Of a stretch of 64,000 nucleotides of DNA, positions 58,373 to 64,000 are shown one piece after another (within the stretch, counting starts at the first letter, position 1; each line of letters opens with the position of its first letter). The translations under genes and the position numbers were made by a program. A model generated the notes under the pieces. The model saw only the letters and a program-made list of their open reading frames with translations, had not been told where the DNA came from and ran no database searches. Source of the DNA: the human T2T-CHM13v2.0 reference genome, Homo sapiens; NCBI RefSeq assembly GCF_009914755.1, contig NC_060929.1. The stretch is one strand, 5' to 3'.

Positions 58373-60269
58373 CGATTTGTTAGGTTAGAAGTCAACAGTA
58401 TTCAAGGTTCAATAATTAGGGCTAATTATTTCCCAGTTCTGAGGGAAGACCTATCTGTATATTCTACCCAATTCCCTATGAATCATGGGGATTTTCAGTC
58501 TATATTGTGAGAATAGGCATTATTTCTGGCCTTGTGTGAAAGCTGAACACTATCACCTCTTATCTTTTTGGGTGGTTCTTTCCCTGGCCTCCAGCAGTTT
58601 CTCACATGTCTGCACTTATCAGCTGAATATTTACTCAAAGGGGTATTCTTTCTGGAGATTTTTTTCATTGGTTATCTCTCCTCTCTAGTAGTCTAACCAC
58701 CTTGGCCTTCCTCATATCTCAGCTCCATCTCCTCAACTCAGGGGTTCCTCTGGGTTTCCCTTTTTTGCACCATGGCTTGTAATTTGTCTCAAAGCAGGTG
58801 AGCTGGGACAATTATAGGGCTCACCTCGTTTCTTTCCTGTCTTGCAAAGATCATTATTTTTTGCCACTTGATGTTCAGCGTCTTGAGCACCTTTTCTTAG
58901 GTATTGGGTTGTTTCAAGAGTGAAAATAATCCTGGTCGTTGTTACTCCATGTTGGCTGGAAGCAGAAGTCTGATCTCCAGGAAAATATTTTGAATGGACA
59001 ACAGCAACATTGCTGAAATAGCATGTCAAATGTTTATTCTTCCCTTTTTTTTTATAGTGAATAGGGATAAAGGAGGAACCCTGGTGTGTATGGACACAGA
59101 TTAGGGAAGGAGGAGAATAATTATGGGTTTTTTTTCCAAGCTCAGAACATGATTTTCACAGCCTCACCCAGATATGATTTCCCTAAAAATCCTCCTTCAT
59201 GCTGTCATTGGATTTCTGCCATAAGTTAGCCGCCCATGGCTTTGAGGTCCCACAGATGCTCAAATCTTTTCCTTAGAACCTATAGCTGAGTTGAGGCCAG
59301 ACTCTGGCTACAAGTGTCTCAGATGAGAATCTTTTTTGGCTCATGTGCATGAGGTTAAATGAAGAGGCTGATTCATTTCTAGTAGTTAAATCAAACCATT
59401 TGGTACTGTTCACTAGTGGCCATTTATATGTCAGTGGCGCCTCTGTATAAATCCTATCTTCTAGCTGTAAAAAGAATACTGATTAGTGACTGTAGCAGAA
59501 TCCAATTAGCTTTCCCTCTTCTTATCTAATTTTTAATGTAATCATATTAATGTGAATTTTAATAGTGATTTATGGTAATAGCATTTCTTTACCTTCTCAT
59601 GAAACTAGGTAACTTCTTTTTGAACTCAAAGTGCAGCAAGAGCTGCCTTGCCCGTAATTCTCATTTTTTCCATTTCCTGTCATAATATTTTTAATCCTCT
59701 ACTTTTAATCATATTTAACTGCGCCCCATTCTTGGGTTGACTTAGTGTACTCTTAATGTCAGACTTCACAAAGCACATGTTTCCTGGAAAGGCTGTCCTT
59801 CATTAGTTAGGAAGGAGAGAAAATGTTCATGTCAGCGCTCTGTGAACCATCATCTCCTATGGACAGAGCGAGAGCGTTCACACCAAGTTATGTAACCAAG
59901 AAGGTTCCTCAAATGTTTCAGGCAGGGCAGGCGAATAGTATCAGCTTAAAAACAGCTTGGACATTTCTGAAGCAAGGAAAGAGCTTTGATAAGCATATCT
60001 GATTAAATATTTTTTTCTGCCCTGGAATTTGTTATGAACACTGACATTTGTCTTAGTAATACACTGCTTTTACAGTCCATACAGATAAGAACTCAAAAAT
60101 TACCAGAAAAATAATGCCATAGTGTGGGAAATGTCACTCCCAATCAGAAAGGGCCAATGTGCATTCTCAGGCCTTGGCTGGAGGAGAGAAGAAGATGCAG
60201 GGAGAGGCAGATATAACAGTCTAGAAGCAAGAGGAGGCATCCTGGAATTGCAAGAATTTAAGGCAGTCA

Positions 60270-60545
60270 ATATTGCTGTGGTTAAGAACCCAAGTTCTGG
60301 ATCCTGACTGCCTAGGTTCAAACCTCAATTCTGCTCTTTCTAGCTGTATGAACTTGGGCAAATTACTCAACCTCTCTGTGCCCTGATTTTTGCTCTCATA
60401 AAGTGGAGGAAAAATAGTATATAGTTCATAGATACTATTTATGTTACAGGATTGTTGTCCTGTAACAACTAAATTAAAATGAGCTAATACATGGGAATGC
60501 TTAGACCAATGACTGACGTATACGGACATTAGCTGCTGTTATTCC
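60270..60545 (+). mobile_element. MIR
   Basis: gtggttaagaacccaagttctgga...ggttcaaacc...aacttgggcaaattactcaacctctctgtgcc. Confidence 0.85.
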
Positions 60546-60569
60546 TGAGAGATCTAATCAGGGTTAGAT

Positions 60570-61028
60570 CTGTGCTGTCCAGTATAGTACCACTGGGCAC
60601 ATGTAGCTATAAAGTATGTGTCAAGTATGGCTAATGTGACTGAATGATTGAATTTTTAGTTTTATTTTATTTTAATTAAAAATAATACTTGATTCAGTTA
60701 TTGCTATAATTTTAAATATGTTTGGAACAGTTTAGAAATGTGGATTTATTTTTTCAGTTATAAATTTTATGAAATCTACAGATTCAGTATTTCTAATAAA
60801 AATTTAGCATCCAGATTTTGATAATGAAGTACAAGAAAAAAAGGCTGTAAAATATCTCATAAATTTTTAAAAAATATTGATTGCATCTTGAAATGACAAT
60901 ATTTTGAATACATTTGGCTAAATAAAATATATTAAAATTAATTTACCCTGCTTGTTTTTACTTTTTAAATATGGATACTAGAAAATTTAAGACCAGATAT
61001 GAAGCTCAAATTGTATTGAACAGTACTG
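60570..61028. mobile_element. Charlie1/MER33-type hAT deletion derivative
   Basis: terminal inverted repeats ctgtgctgtccagta / tattgaacagtactg; 8-bp TSD gg(t/c)tagat. Confidence 0.85.
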
Positions 61029-61479
61029 GGCTAGATTATGAGGGACTTTATTTACTATGCTAAAATGTTTGACTTTTTTCCTAAAAGCCATGGGAAGATA
61101 CAGTGGAAGAAACAAGACCCAATTTACATATTTTTAATTTATATATCAGAAAATTTATGCTGGCAGCTGTGTGGGAAACGAATTTGAGGGGAAAAAGACC
61201 AGAGTTAGGGAGATCAAATTAGTTGCAAAAATGTAGGCAAGAGAAAATCATGGTCTGAATGTGAATGGCCGCGTGCATGGGGGAAGCAGACATATTGAAG
61301 AGGTAGATTTCCTCAGCAAGACAGGATAAAGTGAGTCCACACTGATTCCCAGGCATGTAGCTTGAGGAACTGAGTAGATTTTCTGAAAAGGTGCCTAGAG
61401 GATAAGGGATAAAATGTAATTTAAGTATTAAACTAAGTCCCTTTAACAAAACCACCCCTGATTCCTTTAGCTCAGTTAA

Positions 61480-61869
<390 letters not shown>

Positions 61870-62074
61870 CTAAATGAAGTCTAGAAATTCTCTCTATCTC
61901 TACTTTTAAAAACAACAACAAACAAACCAGACATATTCCAATATTGTTACTACCATCTGGTAAACACAGTTAAGTCTTCCTTACTTTGTACTCAAAAGGC
62001 TTCTAGAATTCAAAAGGATTATTTTTGAAATGAGGATGACAGAGAAGGTCCTTTGGAGAAGTTCTTTATTAAGA

Positions 62075-62350
62075 AAGCAATGCAGCCGTGTGGAAAGAAC
62101 ACAGGCTTAAAATCCAGACACATCTAACCCTGGATCCTGGTTCTACCACTTTCTGATTCTAAGTCCTAATACGTGAAAGACTCACAGTCAATATTTGCTA
62201 AACACAGGAAGTTTACTTACCTCCTCTGAGCCTCAGTTTCCTGATCTGTGTAAATGAGGTGATTATTTCCACTGTGAAAAGTTGTTATGTGGATGAGATA
62301 ATCCTGTACATAAAGTGCCTGACACTTAATTAATACTCATTAAATGATAG
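62075..62350 (+). mobile_element. MIR
   Basis: cctctgagcctcagtttcctgatctgtgtaaatgagg core. Confidence 0.8.
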
Positions 62351-62404
62351 CATTGATGATTACACTTTAGAATAAAGTAAAAACAGGGCAAAACTATTTG
62401 TGGC

Positions 62405-62634
62405 ACTTAGTCCATCTTGTATTGCTATCAAGGAATACCTGAGGCTGAGTAATTTATGAAGAAAAAAGGGTTATTTGGCCCACAATTCTGATGGTTGGAA
62501 AGGTCAAGATTAGGCATCTGCATTGGTGACGACCTCAGGCTGCTTCCACTCATGGCAGAAGGTGAAGGGGAGCTAGCGTGTGTAGAGATCCCATGGCCAG
62601 AGAGGGAGCAAGAGGGAAAGGGAAATGGCCAGGC
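62405..62634 (-). mobile_element. MSTB/MSTC-like LTR fragment interrupted by L1PA
   Basis: ttagtccatcttgtattgctatcaaggaatacctgaggctg...ccactcatggcagaaggtgaagggg. Confidence 0.85.

Positions 62635-64000
<1,366 letters not shown>

Overview
Human/primate-type genomic DNA, apparently intergenic or deep-intronic. I find no CpG island, no recognisable cellular coding exon and no RNA gene. Much of the window is interspersed repeat: about 20 Alu elements or fragments (J, S, Y, many with target-site duplications, TSDs), ancient MIR and L2, old L1M/L1MA fragments, two young L1PA 3' ends (one with a frameshifted ORF2 C-terminus running off the right edge), about 17 solo LTRs (MaLR MLT1/MST/THE1B, ERVL LTR16, ERV1 MER4- and MER50-group), hAT DNA-transposon fossils (MER1B, MER20, MER5, MER3, MER33/Charlie1, MER45A, MER63, MER91, MER103), and microsatellites. 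Nearly all ORFs in the supplied track are repeat-derived or chance. Subfamily names come from recalled consensus motifs and need RepeatMasker/Dfam confirmation; boundaries of old repeats are approximate. I see no evidence for a new multi-gene system. The best leads are small: a 24-bp templated insertion copied from 1.58 kb away into an MLT1A LTR, a candidate 148-nt non-coding exon flanked by inverted Alu pairs, a probable 12-nt L1 3' micro-transduction, a dense LTR cluster with one promoter-intact ERV1 LTR, and several local duplications and hairpins.
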